A stretch of 63,822 nt of DNA, filler included. It is 6 parts of 6 records of this genome, joined end to end, with 100 filler letters (N's around TTAATTAATTAA, not from the genome) between each part and the next. Parts side by side here need not be neighbours in the genome. Positions count along the whole stretch, not along the records: positions 6,295 to 12,835 come from DRR723986_5341; positions 12,936 to 19,189 come from DRR723986_5342; 4 more parts are not named here. The stretch is one strand, 5' to 3'. The position numbers and the translations under genes are program-made. Shown piece by piece: positions 8,290-18,604 of the stretch. The notes beneath the pieces were generated by a model. The model was not told the DNA's origin, made no database searches, and saw only the letters and a program-made list of their open reading frames with translations. Every line of letters starts with the position of its first letter. Positions within the stretch are counted from its first letter, which is position 1.

Positions 8290-10092
8290 ATGTTCCAACA
8301 GTTTCATGAAACCGCCAGCCCCGATCAGGGCCCCGCCCGCCTGCAAGCGCTGCGCGCCGTGATGCAGGCGCAGGGGCTGGCCGGGGTTTTGGTGCCCCGC
8401 GCAGATGCCCATCAGGGCGAATATGTGGCCGATCACGACGCAAGGCTGGCCTGGCTGACAGGCTTTACCGGATCCGCCGGGTTTTGCATTGCCTTGGCAG
8501 ATGTGGCGGGCGTGTTTATCGACGGGCGCTACCGCACCCAGGTCAAGGGGCAGGTTGCGCTGTCGCATTTCACCCCCGTGCCCTGGCCCGAAACCCAACC
8601 CGCCCAATGGCTGCGCCAGCACCTGCCCCAGGGCGGCGCGGTGGGTTTTGACCCTTGGCTGCACACGCCCGACCAGATTGCCCAAATCAGCGCCGGCCTG
8701 CAGGGCAGCGGCATTACCCTGCGCCCCATAGACAACCCGGTTGATGCCATCTGGCCCGATCAGCCCACCCCCCCGGCAGGCCCGATCACCCCCTATCCAC
8801 AGGCCCTGGCAGGCGAGGCGCATGGCCATAAAATGGCGCGTTTGGGCGCGGCCTTGCAACAGGCCGGCCAAAGCGCTGCGGTGATCACCCTGCCCGACAG
8901 TCTGGCATGGCTGTTCAATATCCGCGGCGCCGATATTCCGCGCAATCCCATTCCGCATGGCTTTGCCATTCTCAGCAGCGCGGGCGAGGCGCAGCTATTT
9001 GTCGACCCGCGCAAAACCAGCCCCGCATTGGTTGCGCATCTGGGTGCAGGCGTGGCCTTGCGCGACGTGGGCGAATTTGGCCCCGCGTTGCAAGCCCTGA
9101 CCGGCCCCGTGCGCGTCGATCATGCCACCGCCCCTTGCTGGGTGCTGGAGCAGCTAGACCAGGCCGGGGTGGCGCATGTGGCGGGCCAAGACCCGTGCAT
9201 TTTGCCCAAAGCCACCAAAACCACCGCCGAAATTGCCGCCACCCGCGAGGCGCATTTGCGCGATGGCGCCGCGATGTGCGAATTTCTGTGCTGGTTCGAT
9301 GCCCAGCCCCATGGCAGCCTGTCCGAGATCGATGTGGTCAGCGCGCTCGAGGGGTTTCGCCGCGCCTCGAATGCCTTGTTGGATATCAGCTTTGACACGA
9401 TCGCAGGCACCGGGCCGCATGGCGCCATCATGCATTACCGCGTGACCGAAAAAACCAACCGCAGCTTGGCCCCGGGCGATTTGATTGTGCTCGATTCGGG
9501 AGGGCAATATCTGGATGGCACCACCGATATCACCCGCACCCTACCCGTGGGCGAGGTGGCGCAAGAGCCGCGCCAATGCTTTACCCGGGTGCTGAAAGGC
9601 ATGATCGCGATATCGCGCCTGCGCTTTCCGCGCGGGCTGGCGGGGCGCGATCTGGATGCGATTGCCCGCTATCCGCTTTGGGTGGCGGGGCAAGATTTTG
9701 ACCATGGCACCGGCCATGGCGTGGGCGTTTACATGTGCGTGCACGAAGGCCCACAACGGCTGTCGCGCATATCCGAGGTGGCGCTGCAGCCGGGCATGAT
9801 TTTATCGAACGAGCCTGGCTACTACCGCGAAGGGGCTTTTGGCATTCGCCTTGAAAACTTGATCGTTGTGCAGCCTGCGGGCGATATACCCGGCGCCGAC
9901 CCGCGCCCGATGTATGATTTTGAAACCCTCACGTTTGTGCCCATCGATCGGCGGCTGATTTGCGCCGATATGCTGGATCAGGGCGAACGCGACTGGCTAA
10001 ACCAGTATCACGCTGCGTGCCGCGACAAACTCGGGCCTCGCGTCAGCGCGCAGACCCGGGTATGGTTGGAACAGGCAACCGCACCCGTTTGA
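8290..10092 (+). CDS. Xaa-Pro aminopeptidase (aminopeptidase P, M24B)
   Basis: PRADAHQGEY, LTGFTGSAG, DSGGQYLDGTTDITRT, HGTGHGVG, HEGP, SNEPGYY, GIRLEN. Confidence 0.95.
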   Translation: MFQQFHETASPDQGPARLQALRAVMQAQGLAGVLVPRADAHQGEYVADHDARLAWLTGFTGSAGFCIALADVAGVFIDGRYRTQVKGQVALSHFTPVPWPETQPAQWLRQHLPQGGAVGFDPWLHTPDQIAQISAGLQGSGITLRPIDNPVDAIWPDQPTPPAGPITPYPQALAGEAHGHKMARLGAALQQAGQSAAVITLPDSLAWLFNIRGADIPRNPIPHGFAILSSAGEAQLFVDPRKTSPALVAHLGAGVALRDVGEFGPALQALTGPVRVDHATAPCWVLEQLDQAGVAHVAGQDPCILPKATKTTAEIAATREAHLRDGAAMCEFLCWFDAQPHGSLSEIDVVSALEGFRRASNALLDISFDTIAGTGPHGAIMHYRVTEKTNRSLAPGDLIVLDSGGQYLDGTTDITRTLPVGEVAQEPRQCFTRVLKGMIAISRLRFPRGLAGRDLDAIARYPLWVAGQDFDHGTGHGVGVYMCVHEGPQRLSRISEVALQPGMILSNEPGYYREGAFGIRLENLIVVQPAGDIPGADPRPMYDFETLTFVPIDRRLICADMLDQGERDWLNQYHAACRDKLGPRVSAQTRVWLEQATAPV

Positions 10093-10156
10093 TCGCTTGG
10101 TGACATGAAACCGTCATCAACCGCCGGGATAAAAGCAAAAATATTCGAGGGAAAGA

Positions 10157-10498
10157 ATGACGGATATCAAAATCCACAAGGCCGAAGGCACATGGGTTGT
10201 GCGCGCAGGCGGCGCGGTATTGGGCGAATCTGATGCCGCGCTAGAGCTGGTCGAAGACGGCCACACACCGGTGATCTATTTTCCGCAATCCGATGTGGCC
10301 ATGGCGTTCTTAGACCCATCCGATCAGCGCACCACCTGCCCTTTCAAGGGCGAGGCGCGGTATTTCTCGATTGTCACCAAAAGCACAACGCTGACCAATG
10401 CCGCCTGGTGCTATGACACCCCGAACGAGGCCGTTTCGCGCATTGCGGGCCATATTGCCTTTTATACATCGGCTGCCGTGGCGGTTGAACGCGTTTAA
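10157..10498 (+). CDS. DUF427 domain protein
   Basis: YFPQSDV...TTCPFKGEARYF...AAWCY...IAGHIAFY. Confidence 0.9.
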   Translation: MTDIKIHKAEGTWVVRAGGAVLGESDAALELVEDGHTPVIYFPQSDVAMAFLDPSDQRTTCPFKGEARYFSIVTKSTTLTNAAWCYDTPNEAVSRIAGHIAFYTSAAVAVERV

Positions 10499-10566
10499 GG
10501 GGCAGGCTTGCAGTGCAGCATTAGGGGCGCGCAGGGTTAGGCAGGGCTAGGCGCGCCACTTGCGCG

Positions 10567-12237
10567 TTAGCTGTGTTCTTCGGCGGCGGTGGCAGCCAAG
10601 GCGCGGTTGTAGGTGCGCAGCGCATCCACATGCAGCAACACCCCCAACAGCTGTGGCCCCTCGGCCGCCATTGTGACCACCGGCAAATGTGGCACGCCGG
10701 CACGCTCGAACAGCGGCATTGCCTCTTCCAGCGTGGCGTTGAAATCGATCATAATACCGTCTTCGATCATCTCGTCGCAGCTATTTTGCGCAGGAAAGCC
10801 CGGCTGATCTGCGGTGCGCATCAAAGTGCCTGCGCGAAACATTGACAGCAAATAGGCCTGTGGCCCCGCCGCCAGATGGATGTTGCGCCGCTCAAGCTGG
10901 GTTAAAAAGAACGACCGATCCACGATGCGCGAGGCAATGGCAGTAGAAAGCGACACGCTGACCATCACCGCAAGGCCCGTTTGCCAATCGCCCGTCAATT
11001 CAAACACAATCAAGGTTGTGGAAATCGGCGCCCCCAGCACGGCCGCCGCCACAGCCCCCATGCCAGCCAAGGCATAAAGCGTATGCGCCCCCGAAACATT
11101 GGGAAAAACCGAGGTGGCAATCAGCCCAAAGGTAAGCCCGGTGAGCGCCCCTACCATCAACGAGGGCGAAAACACCCCGCCCCCCATGCGCCCCCCAATC
11201 GTGATGGCCACCGCCACCACCTTGAGCACCGCAAAAACCAAGGCCTCGTGCAGCAGCAGCTTGCCTGTCAGCGCCGCCGATGTTGTTTCATAGCCGACGC
11301 CAATAATATGGGGAAAGAAAATGGCCAAAGCCCCCAGCATCGCGCCGGCACAAACCGGGCGCAGCCAGCGTGGCATGCCGCTGCGGGCCTGAATTTCGTT
11401 GCCCATATCCTCGGCGAAAAAGATGCCCCGCATCATCACCACCGCCACCACACCACAGACCGCGCCCAAGATCAAAAATGCCGGCAGTTCCTGATAAAAT
11501 CGCAGCGCGTTCGTCACCGGCAAGGCAAATTCGGTGACATTGCCAAATTCCAGCCGGTTGATCACCGTGCCCGCCACGCTGGCAATCACAATCGGGGCAA
11601 AGGCATGCACCGCGAAATGGCGCAACACCACCTCGAGCGCAAACAAGGCCCCCGCAATCGGGGCGTTGAAACTGGCCGAAACCGCAGCCGCCACCGCGCA
11701 GCCCAGCAAATCGCGCCCGGTGATCCCATCGGCGTGGATCCATTTGCTGACCCAGGTCGAAATCACAGCGGCCAAATGCACCACCGGGCCCTCGCGCCCG
11801 GATGACCCACCCGAGCCCAAGGTGATCAGCGACGCCGCCGCCGAGGCCAGCCCCGCCGTTACCTCGACCCGGCCATCGCGCATGGCGGCGCCTTCGATGA
11901 CATCGCTGACACTGCGCACGCGGCCATCGGGGGTGAAAAAATGCAAGATCAGCCCAACCACCAGCCCGCCCGCCATGGGAATGCCCAACACCCAATACCA
12001 AGGCAGGCTTTGGGCAAAGCTGTGCAAATGCGCCGTGTCTTCGGTGCCGTAAAGAACCGCCTGCAGCGCATCGATACCTTTGCGGAAAAACAGCGCGCCA
12101 AACCCCGCGGCAATGCCGATCAAAAGCGCGATGAACCAAAACTGCACCTTTGATGGCCCCTGGCGCAGCATCACCCGCCAGCCCAGCAGCAGCGCCGCCA
12201 GCAAACGCGCCCATTGTTCGGTCAGAAATTGCTGCAC
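10567..12237 (-). CDS. ClC chloride channel/antiporter family protein with degenerate CBS tail
   Basis: GGSSGREGP, SASFNAPIAG, GGVFSPSL motifs; many TM helices. Confidence 0.92.
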   Translation of the reverse strand: MQQFLTEQWARLLAALLLGWRVMLRQGPSKVQFWFIALLIGIAAGFGALFFRKGIDALQAVLYGTEDTAHLHSFAQSLPWYWVLGIPMAGGLVVGLILHFFTPDGRVRSVSDVIEGAAMRDGRVEVTAGLASAAASLITLGSGGSSGREGPVVHLAAVISTWVSKWIHADGITGRDLLGCAVAAAVSASFNAPIAGALFALEVVLRHFAVHAFAPIVIASVAGTVINRLEFGNVTEFALPVTNALRFYQELPAFLILGAVCGVVAVVMMRGIFFAEDMGNEIQARSGMPRWLRPVCAGAMLGALAIFFPHIIGVGYETTSAALTGKLLLHEALVFAVLKVVAVAITIGGRMGGGVFSPSLMVGALTGLTFGLIATSVFPNVSGAHTLYALAGMGAVAAAVLGAPISTTLIVFELTGDWQTGLAVMVSVSLSTAIASRIVDRSFFLTQLERRNIHLAAGPQAYLLSMFRAGTLMRTADQPGFPAQNSCDEMIEDGIMIDFNATLEEAMPLFERAGVPHLPVVTMAAEGPQLLGVLLHVDALRTYNRALAATAAEEHS

Positions 12238-12313
12238 GCGCCTCTTTCCCCTGTTACTGCCGTGGCATACCCTGCCTTACACACCCGGCCCCACCGGAAA
12301 AAGGATACACCAG

Positions 12314-12835
12314 ATGACTGTTCAGGCCGCGCTAGACGAATTGCAGCTATTGTTAGGCGATCGTTTGTCCCGCTCCAAGAGCGAACTGGACCAACATGCC
12401 ACATCAGAAACCTATTTCCCCCCCGCCCCGCCAGATGCCGTGGCCTTTCCGCAAACAACCCAAGAGGTCAGCGCCTTGATGCAAATTTGCGCGCGCGCAC
12501 AATGCCCGGTGGTGGGCTGGGGCGCGGGCACCTCGCTCGAGGGGCAGGCACAGGCGTTTTCCGGCGGTGTGGTGGTCGATTTCCGCCTGATGAACAAGGT
12601 TTTGGCCGTCTCTGCCGAAGACATGGATGTGCGCGTTCAACCCGGGCTGACGCGCGAGGCGCTGAACGAAGAATTGCGCGCCACGGGGCTGTTTTTTCCG
12701 GTCGATCCCGGGGCCAATGCCAGCCTGGGCGGCATGGCCATGACCCGCGCCAGCGGCACAACGGCGGTGCGCTATGGCACGATGCGCGACAATGTCATGG
12801 GGCTAGAGGTGGTGCTGGCCGATGGCCGGGTGATC
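12314..12835 (+). CDS. FAD-linked oxidoreductase, D-lactate dehydrogenase/GlcD family (3'-truncated)
   Basis: PDAVAFP, GAGTSLEG, FPVDPGANASLGGM, RASGTTAVRYGTMRDNV. Confidence 0.9.
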
Positions 12836-12935
12836 NNNNNNNNNNNNNNNNNNNNNNNNNNNNNNNNNNNNNNNNNNNNTTAATTAATTAANNNNNNNNN
12901 NNNNNNNNNNNNNNNNNNNNNNNNNNNNNNNNNNN
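12836..12935. other. Artificial contig linker
   Basis: N-padded TTAATTAATTAA. Confidence 0.99.
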
Positions 12936-13001
12936 TTTATGACCAAACCGTTTTCCAATGCCGAAATGCTGGATGCGGTGCGTGAACTGACCGCGCAATG
13001 A
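12936..13001 (+). CDS. Response regulator receiver domain, C-terminal fragment
   Basis: My translation FMTKPFSNAEMLDAVRELTAQ* has the receiver-domain KPF motif; lies upstream of a histidine kinase. Confidence 0.75.
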   Translation, partial: FMTKPFSNAEMLDAVRELTAQ

Positions 13002-13015
13002 AAGGGGCCTGAGCG

Positions 13016-13300
13016 ATGCCGCAGCGGCGCATGTTTCTGGAACGGCGCAGCTATCGAATGCGGCGGATGATGGACGCGCTGCGGTTTCTTCCATTGATTG
13101 GCCTGTGCCTGTGGATGGTGCCCCTGCTTTGGCCTTTGCCAGAGGCGGGTGATGCCGATCCGATGCCGATGAGCGTGGCCCTGCGATATCTCTTTGGTGT
13201 CTGGCTGGCCTTGGTGGTCATGGCTTGGGCGCTGTGGCGCTACACCCGCGGCGAAGCGGAGGTAGACACGGCACAGGGCAGCTCGGACAGGACGCCCTGA
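13016..13300 (+). CDS. Small two-TM membrane protein
   Basis: FLERRSYRMRRMMDA followed by two hydrophobic helices; stop overlaps kinase start (TGATG). Confidence 0.75.
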   Translation: MPQRRMFLERRSYRMRRMMDALRFLPLIGLCLWMVPLLWPLPEAGDADPMPMSVALRYLFGVWLALVVMAWALWRYTRGEAEVDTAQGSSDRTP

Positions 13301-16032
13301 TGGTTTCTCTCAACGAATTGGTGCTGGTGTGCCTGACCTATGTTGTCGGACTTTTTGCCATCGCCTTTCTCGCGGAACGCGCCGCATTGCGGGGGCGCGG
13401 GGGATGGCTGCTGCGCTCACCGGTGGTTTATACGCTGTCGCTGTCGATCTATTGCACCGCATGGACGTTTTACGGAGCGGTGGGTTATGCCGCGCGGTCG
13501 GGGCTGGAGTATCTGACGATTTACCTCGGCCCGTCTATCGTGATGATTGGCTGGTGGTGGGTGCTGCGCCGTTTGGTGCGCATCGGGCGCAGCCAGCGTG
13601 TGACGTCCATCGCGGATCTGATCTCGTCGCGCTATGGCAAGTCGAACACCTTGGCCATTGTTGTGACCGTGATGGCGGTCATCGGCGTGACGCCCTATAT
13701 TGCCCTGCAATTACAGTCGGTTATACTGTCTCTGGCAATTTTTGCGACCCCGGACGCGGGGCTTGCCGGGGCCGAGGGTGCGCCGTTTAACAGGGCACAG
13801 GCGGCCTTCTGGGTGGCAACGGGGCTGGCGCTGTTTACCGTTCTGTTTGGCACGCGCAATCTCAATGTAAACGAACGCCACCATGGTGTGGTGATCGCGA
13901 TCGCAGTGGAAGCGGTGGTGAAACTGGTCGCATTGATCGCGGTTGGGGTCTTTGTGGTCTGGGGGCTGGCAGGCGGCGTGGGCGACACGCTTGAGCGTAT
14001 CGACGCCTCCGCCATTGGTGATTGGGAAGTGCAGGGCAGCCGTTGGGCGGCGTTGATGTTTGTCTCTGCGGCGGCGTTCCTGTGTCTGCCGCGCATGTTT
14101 CAGGTCATGGTGGTGGAAAACAACGACGACCGGCATCTGCAAATCGCCTCCTGGGCCTTTCCACTGTATCTGATGTTGATGAGCCTGTTTGTGGTGCCGA
14201 TTGCGGTCGTGGGCCTTGATTTGCTGCCTGCCGGATCAAACCCTGACCTCTTTGTGCTCAGCCTGCCGCTCAGCCAGGGGCAGAACGGGCTGGCGATGCT
14301 GTCTTTTCTGGGCGGTTTTTCCTCTGCCACCTCCATGGTGATTGTGGCCACGCTGGCGCTCAGCACCATGGTCAGCAACCATATCGTCATGCCGATCTGG
14401 CTTAACCTGCGGCGCGGCGGTGCCACCCAATCGGGCGATGTGCGCAGCGTGGTGATCCTTGCGCGGCGGCTCTCGATCCTGCTGATCATCGCGCTTGGCT
14501 TCTCCTATTACCGCGTGAGTGGTGGCAGCGGCGCCTTGGCGGCCATTGGCACGATCTCCTTTGGCGGTGTGGCGCAGTTCCTGCCCGCGCTTTTGGGCGG
14601 CATGTTCTGGCGCGGGGCGACGCGGTTAGGCGCGCTCTGCGGGTTGGGTATCGGCTTTGTCCTGTGGGTCTTCACCATGCTCTTGCCCAGCTTCGGCATG
14701 GATGTGGCCCTGTCACAAAGCACCTTTGAGCAAGGCTTGATGGGGGCCGGGTGGCTGCGCCCGCAGGCGCTTTTTGGTGTTGAGGGGTTGGATCCCACGG
14801 TGCATGCCGTTGTCTGGAGCCTGAGCCTGAACACATTGGTGTTCTTTGTGGTTTCGCTTTTTACCTTTCCTGATCCGATTGAACGGCTTCAGGGCGCACA
14901 GTTTGTGAACGTGTTGGATCATGGTGGATCGGCGCGGGGCTGGACGGCCTCGGTGGCGGGCAGTGAAGACCTGATGATCATGGCCCAGCGGATTTTGGGT
15001 GCAGCAGAGGCGCAGGCGTTTTTCCGGCAAGAGGCCAAGGCGCAGGGGCGGTCCGGCAATCTGCCAGAGCCCACGCCCACCTTTGTGCAGGAATTGGAAC
15101 GCGAGCTTGCAGGCTCCGTTGGTGCGGCCACGGCCCATGCGATGGTGGGTCAGATCGTCGGCGGCACATCTGTGTCGGTGCAGGATCTGTTGGCGGTGGC
15201 GGACGAATCTGCACAGATGCTGGAATACTCCAGCCAGCTTGAGGCCAAATCGAGAGAGCTGTCCGAGACCGCCGAAGAGCTGCGCCGTGCCAATGAAAAG
15301 CTGACCCAGCTGTCCTTGCAAAAGGACAGTTTCCTCAGCCAGATCAGCCATGAATTGCGCACGCCCATGACCTCGATCCGGTCGTTTTCTGAGATTCTGA
15401 GAGACGCGGCCAAGCTCAGCGAGGCGGACAAGACCCGCTATGCCTCGATCATTCATTCGGAGACCATTCGTCTGACCCGGCTGCTCGATGATCTGCTGGA
15501 TCTGTCGGTGCTGGAGAACGGGCAGGGCAATTTGCACATCGGCGAGGGGGCGCTGCAAGATGTGCTGGACAGGGCCGTGACCACAGCCCTGACCGGCAGT
15601 GAAAACCCGATCACCGTGACCCGCGCAGGCGTGCAGGAGGATATTATGATCCGCACCGATCTGGACCGTTTGGTGCAGGTTTTCATCAATCTTATCACAA
15701 ATGCCAAGAAGTATTGCCGCGCGGATGCGCCTGCATTGACCATTCTGGTCGGGCGGCGGTCTGATGGGATCACGGTTGATTTTGTGGACAATGGCGAGGG
15801 CATTCCCGCCGATGCGCAGGCGGTTATCTTTGAAAAGTTCTACCGCGCCACCGGCGCCGAAGGGGACGGCGCAGGGCTGGGCTTGGCGATCTGCCGTGAG
15901 ATCATGCACCGGCTGGACGGCGAGATCAGTTATCTGACATCCTATGAGGGGGCCGCGTTCCGGGTTTACCTGCCGGCATCGGCGCTTGCCTCTGTCCAGA
16001 CAGATCAATCGGAACTGAGCCACCCCGCATAA
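13300..16032 (+). CDS. Sodium:solute symporter (SLC5)-histidine kinase fusion, CrbS/PrlS-like
   Basis: YTLSLSIYCTAWTFYGAVG, SIADLISSRYGKS, PYIALQL; SHELRTP H-box, NAKKY N-box, DNGEGI, GAGLGLAI. Confidence 0.9.
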   Translation: MVSLNELVLVCLTYVVGLFAIAFLAERAALRGRGGWLLRSPVVYTLSLSIYCTAWTFYGAVGYAARSGLEYLTIYLGPSIVMIGWWWVLRRLVRIGRSQRVTSIADLISSRYGKSNTLAIVVTVMAVIGVTPYIALQLQSVILSLAIFATPDAGLAGAEGAPFNRAQAAFWVATGLALFTVLFGTRNLNVNERHHGVVIAIAVEAVVKLVALIAVGVFVVWGLAGGVGDTLERIDASAIGDWEVQGSRWAALMFVSAAAFLCLPRMFQVMVVENNDDRHLQIASWAFPLYLMLMSLFVVPIAVVGLDLLPAGSNPDLFVLSLPLSQGQNGLAMLSFLGGFSSATSMVIVATLALSTMVSNHIVMPIWLNLRRGGATQSGDVRSVVILARRLSILLIIALGFSYYRVSGGSGALAAIGTISFGGVAQFLPALLGGMFWRGATRLGALCGLGIGFVLWVFTMLLPSFGMDVALSQSTFEQGLMGAGWLRPQALFGVEGLDPTVHAVVWSLSLNTLVFFVVSLFTFPDPIERLQGAQFVNVLDHGGSARGWTASVAGSEDLMIMAQRILGAAEAQAFFRQEAKAQGRSGNLPEPTPTFVQELERELAGSVGAATAHAMVGQIVGGTSVSVQDLLAVADESAQMLEYSSQLEAKSRELSETAEELRRANEKLTQLSLQKDSFLSQISHELRTPMTSIRSFSEILRDAAKLSEADKTRYASIIHSETIRLTRLLDDLLDLSVLENGQGNLHIGEGALQDVLDRAVTTALTGSENPITVTRAGVQEDIMIRTDLDRLVQVFINLITNAKKYCRADAPALTILVGRRSDGITVDFVDNGEGIPADAQAVIFEKFYRATGAEGDGAGLGLAICREIMHRLDGEISYLTSYEGAAFRVYLPASALASVQTDQSELSHPA

Positions 16033-16095
16033 AGGCCATAGTAACCAATCTTCCGGTAAGGCTGATCCAGGCAATCCCAACCGCGGGCGGAGGCA

Positions 16096-17277
16096 ATGGG
16101 TCAGGACCAAGAACAGTTAGCCAAGGGCGAGGATACGGCGCCGCCTGTTGGGGTCTTGCATCGCAAGGCCCATACGGGACGTGCGGTGCATCAGGCCCGT
16201 GCAATGACACTGGCCAAGGCGCTGCGACTGACTTTGGCCAAGGTGGCGGATGACCTGTTTGATATGGCAATGGCGGTGATTGGGTTGCGCCGCGAAACCC
16301 ACAGTGCGGACAACTTAACCCAGGTGTTTCCAGCCGATGCCCTGTTGTTGCTGATGGAGGGGCCGCAGCGGCAAAGGGGCGGCGTTGTGGTCGATCAGGC
16401 GCTTGTTGGCGCTTTGTTGCAACAACAAACGATGGGAAAGGTCTTGCCCGCGGCAGAGGGCGACGCGCGCACAATGACCGAAACCGATGCTGCGATGTGC
16501 GCGCCGTTCGTTGACGCGCTGATCCACCGCGCGGCCGGATTGCCGGAAACCGAGGCGGATCGCCAGTTGATCAGTGGCTACACCTTTGGCGCACGCACCG
16601 AAACGCCAAGGCTGCTATTGATGGCGCTGACGGCTCAGAATTATGAAATCATTGAAATTACCGTGGATATTGATGGCGGTACCCGGCAAGGCACACTGAC
16701 CCTGTGCCTGCCGCACAGCGAGGCGGTGACAGACCCCGGCAGCGCAGACGAAGCGGAAGAAGACGGCGCATCCGCTGCCAAACCGACCCCCAAAAAGCTA
16801 ACTGAAACGGTTCTGGGGCTGCGGGTTGATCTCAACATCGCGCTCACCCGGGTTCGGATGCCGTTGCGGCGGCTTGGGAGGCTCAAAGTGGGGGATCAGA
16901 TCGATCTTGGCCGATGTGCCTTTGATCAGGCGCGTGTGCTGACGATGGGCGGCAAGGCGCTTGGCCTCGGCACATTGGGGCGGGTCAACGGCATGCGGGC
17001 CTTGCGGATAACCCAGACGGGGCAGGGCCAAACCCAAATCGAGCCGGACGGGGATGCCCGCGCCGCAGTTGGATTGTCGCCCGCCGGTGAAATGCCGGAT
17101 ATGCCCGGCGCAGACTACGGCGCAGCGGGGCCGCCGGAAATGGCGGAGGGTTTGCCCGACTTGCCGGACCTTCCCGACCTTCCTGATCTTCCAGACCTGC
17201 CGGATTTGCCTGACTTGCCAGACATGTCAGACCTGCCCGGTTTCGAAGATATCCCCGCCGAACAGGAGGCGGGCTAA
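16096..17277 (+). CDS. Orphan FliM/FliN-like (SpoA C-terminal domain) protein with acidic LPD-repeat tail
   Basis: C-terminal MPLRRLGRLKVGDQIDL...GTLGRVNGMRALRI resembles SpoA; no flagellar genes nearby. Confidence 0.7.
   Translation: MGQDQEQLAKGEDTAPPVGVLHRKAHTGRAVHQARAMTLAKALRLTLAKVADDLFDMAMAVIGLRRETHSADNLTQVFPADALLLLMEGPQRQRGGVVVDQALVGALLQQQTMGKVLPAAEGDARTMTETDAAMCAPFVDALIHRAAGLPETEADRQLISGYTFGARTETPRLLLMALTAQNYEIIEITVDIDGGTRQGTLTLCLPHSEAVTDPGSADEAEEDGASAAKPTPKKLTETVLGLRVDLNIALTRVRMPLRRLGRLKVGDQIDLGRCAFDQARVLTMGGKALGLGTLGRVNGMRALRITQTGQGQTQIEPDGDARAAVGLSPAGEMPDMPGADYGAAGPPEMAEGLPDLPDLPDLPDLPDLPDLPDLPDMSDLPGFEDIPAEQEAG
17152..17223 (+). repeat. Coding tandem repeat (Leu-Pro-Asp)x8
   Basis: Eight 9-nt units, all with different codon combinations. 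Confidence 0.95.
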
Positions 17278-17294
17278 CTTCATCCCGCGAGGGA

Positions 17295-17717
17295 TCAGAC
17301 GAAAGGCTGATCGAGCGCCGGACGAATGTTGCTGAGATCATAACCACCGGCGGCGGCCGCCGCGACAATCTCATCGGCGGGCAATGTGCCCGCTTGCCCC
17401 AACGCCCAGGCAATGGTCGAACGTGTGCCAGAGGCGCAATAGGCCAAAACAACATCTCCCGTGTCCAGACCCAACGCGCGGTTTGTGGCAATCACTTCAG
17501 GCACCATGGTCTGATGGGTCAGCGGCTGCACGGCAAAGGCAAGGCCAGCGGCCTCAGCCGCGGCGCGGATTGCATCGGCGCTGTGGCTGGGCGGCACTTC
17601 GGCATCGGGGCGGTTGCACAGGATGCGGGTGATCCCGGCATCGCGCAGGGCGTCCATATCGGAAGGGTCGATCTGCGGGCTGACAAAATAGCGGGGGGTG
17701 ATTTGGCGAATATCCAT
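17295..17717 (-). CDS. TIGR01244/DUF442 family sulfur transferase (Blh-like)
   Basis: VSPQI, ILCNRPDAE, LAYCASGTRS. Confidence 0.9.
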   Translation of the reverse strand: MDIRQITPRYFVSPQIDPSDMDALRDAGITRILCNRPDAEVPPSHSADAIRAAAEAAGLAFAVQPLTHQTMVPEVIATNRALGLDTGDVVLAYCASGTRSTIAWALGQAGTLPADEIVAAAAAGGYDLSNIRPALDQPFV

Positions 17718-17804
17718 AGGATGATTTAAGCGCAGAGCAGGATGCTGTCCAGCCGTCATTACAGTACGGTTCAATGGGTCGCAGGGCAGGCGGTACGGCG
17801 GGCC

Positions 17805-18044
17805 TCAGCCCATGAAAATCCCGCCAACCACCATCATCAGACCGATGACAGACAAAAACAGCGCGCCAAGGTTCAGCGGCAGCGCTGATTGCAACACGGC
17901 GCGCATGGCCTCGTCATCCAACTGGGCGCGTTTGGCGCGGGTGACCTTGAGAATACACCACACCAGCCCGACCAATCCCAACAGGGACAGCGCGGCACCA
18001 GACCAGATGATCCAATCAAAAACGGTAAATGTCTCGGTTTCCAT
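17805..18044 (-). CDS. Small two-TM membrane protein
   Basis: Two hydrophobic helices; fits between neighbouring genes. Confidence 0.75.
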   Translation of the reverse strand: METETFTVFDWIIWSGAALSLLGLVGLVWCILKVTRAKRAQLDDEAMRAVLQSALPLNLGALFLSVIGLMMVVGGIFMG

Positions 18045-18144
18045 GGCAGGCTGCTACGACAATCGCACCGCTGGGGCAAGTGCCGCTTGCGGGGGCGCTG
18101 CGCCGAAGGTAGTCAGTCTGAAAGCCAAACAAGAGGACCGTCAG

Positions 18145-18429
18145 ATGAGCGACACAGGCACCAACCCCGACGTGATCGAAACCGCAGGTGATGCGACATA
18201 CCGCGTGACAGCCAACGAGCTGCGCCAGTTTGTGGAGCGGATCGAGCGTCTGGACGCGGAAAAGAAAGATCTGGCCGAACAACAAAAGGAAGTCATGGCC
18301 GAGGCCAAGGCGCGTGGCTACGACACCAAGGTGATGCGCAAAGTCATCGCCCTGCGCAAACGCGACAAGGACGACATCGCCGAAGAAGAGGCGGTTCTTG
18401 AGATGTACAAAGAAGCCCTGGGCATGTGA
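18145..18429 (+). CDS. gapR: Nucleoid-associated protein GapR (DUF2312)
   Basis: ELRQFVERIERLDAEKK...EAKARGYDTKVMRKVIALRK; GAGG RBS upstream. Confidence 0.92.
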   Translation: MSDTGTNPDVIETAGDATYRVTANELRQFVERIERLDAEKKDLAEQQKEVMAEAKARGYDTKVMRKVIALRKRDKDDIAEEEAVLEMYKEALGM

Positions 18430-18604
18430 TCCAAACCGGCGGCAAACGGACCTGTTTTGCAGATGCAGGCAGGTTTTTACCCCCAACCGCCCCCTAAGGC
18501 CGGTTCGACCGGGCTGACCCCCTTGCGCACGTCCTTCATCAGCCATAGAAGGGCGGAAATTTTTACCCGCGCCGCGCGGCGCGGCCCTATCCTATGGAGC
18601 AAAC

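Noticed and set aside
14713-16110. Long antisense ORFs (also 7942-8958, 11288-12214, 57471-58502, 60046-60846)
   Set aside because: Shadow or alternate frames of GC-rich genes with recognisable products; no motifs of their own
17152-17223. CRISPR array or phase-variable repeat
   Set aside because: 9-nt coding units without spacers and with divergent codons; no CRISPR array seen anywhere in the window
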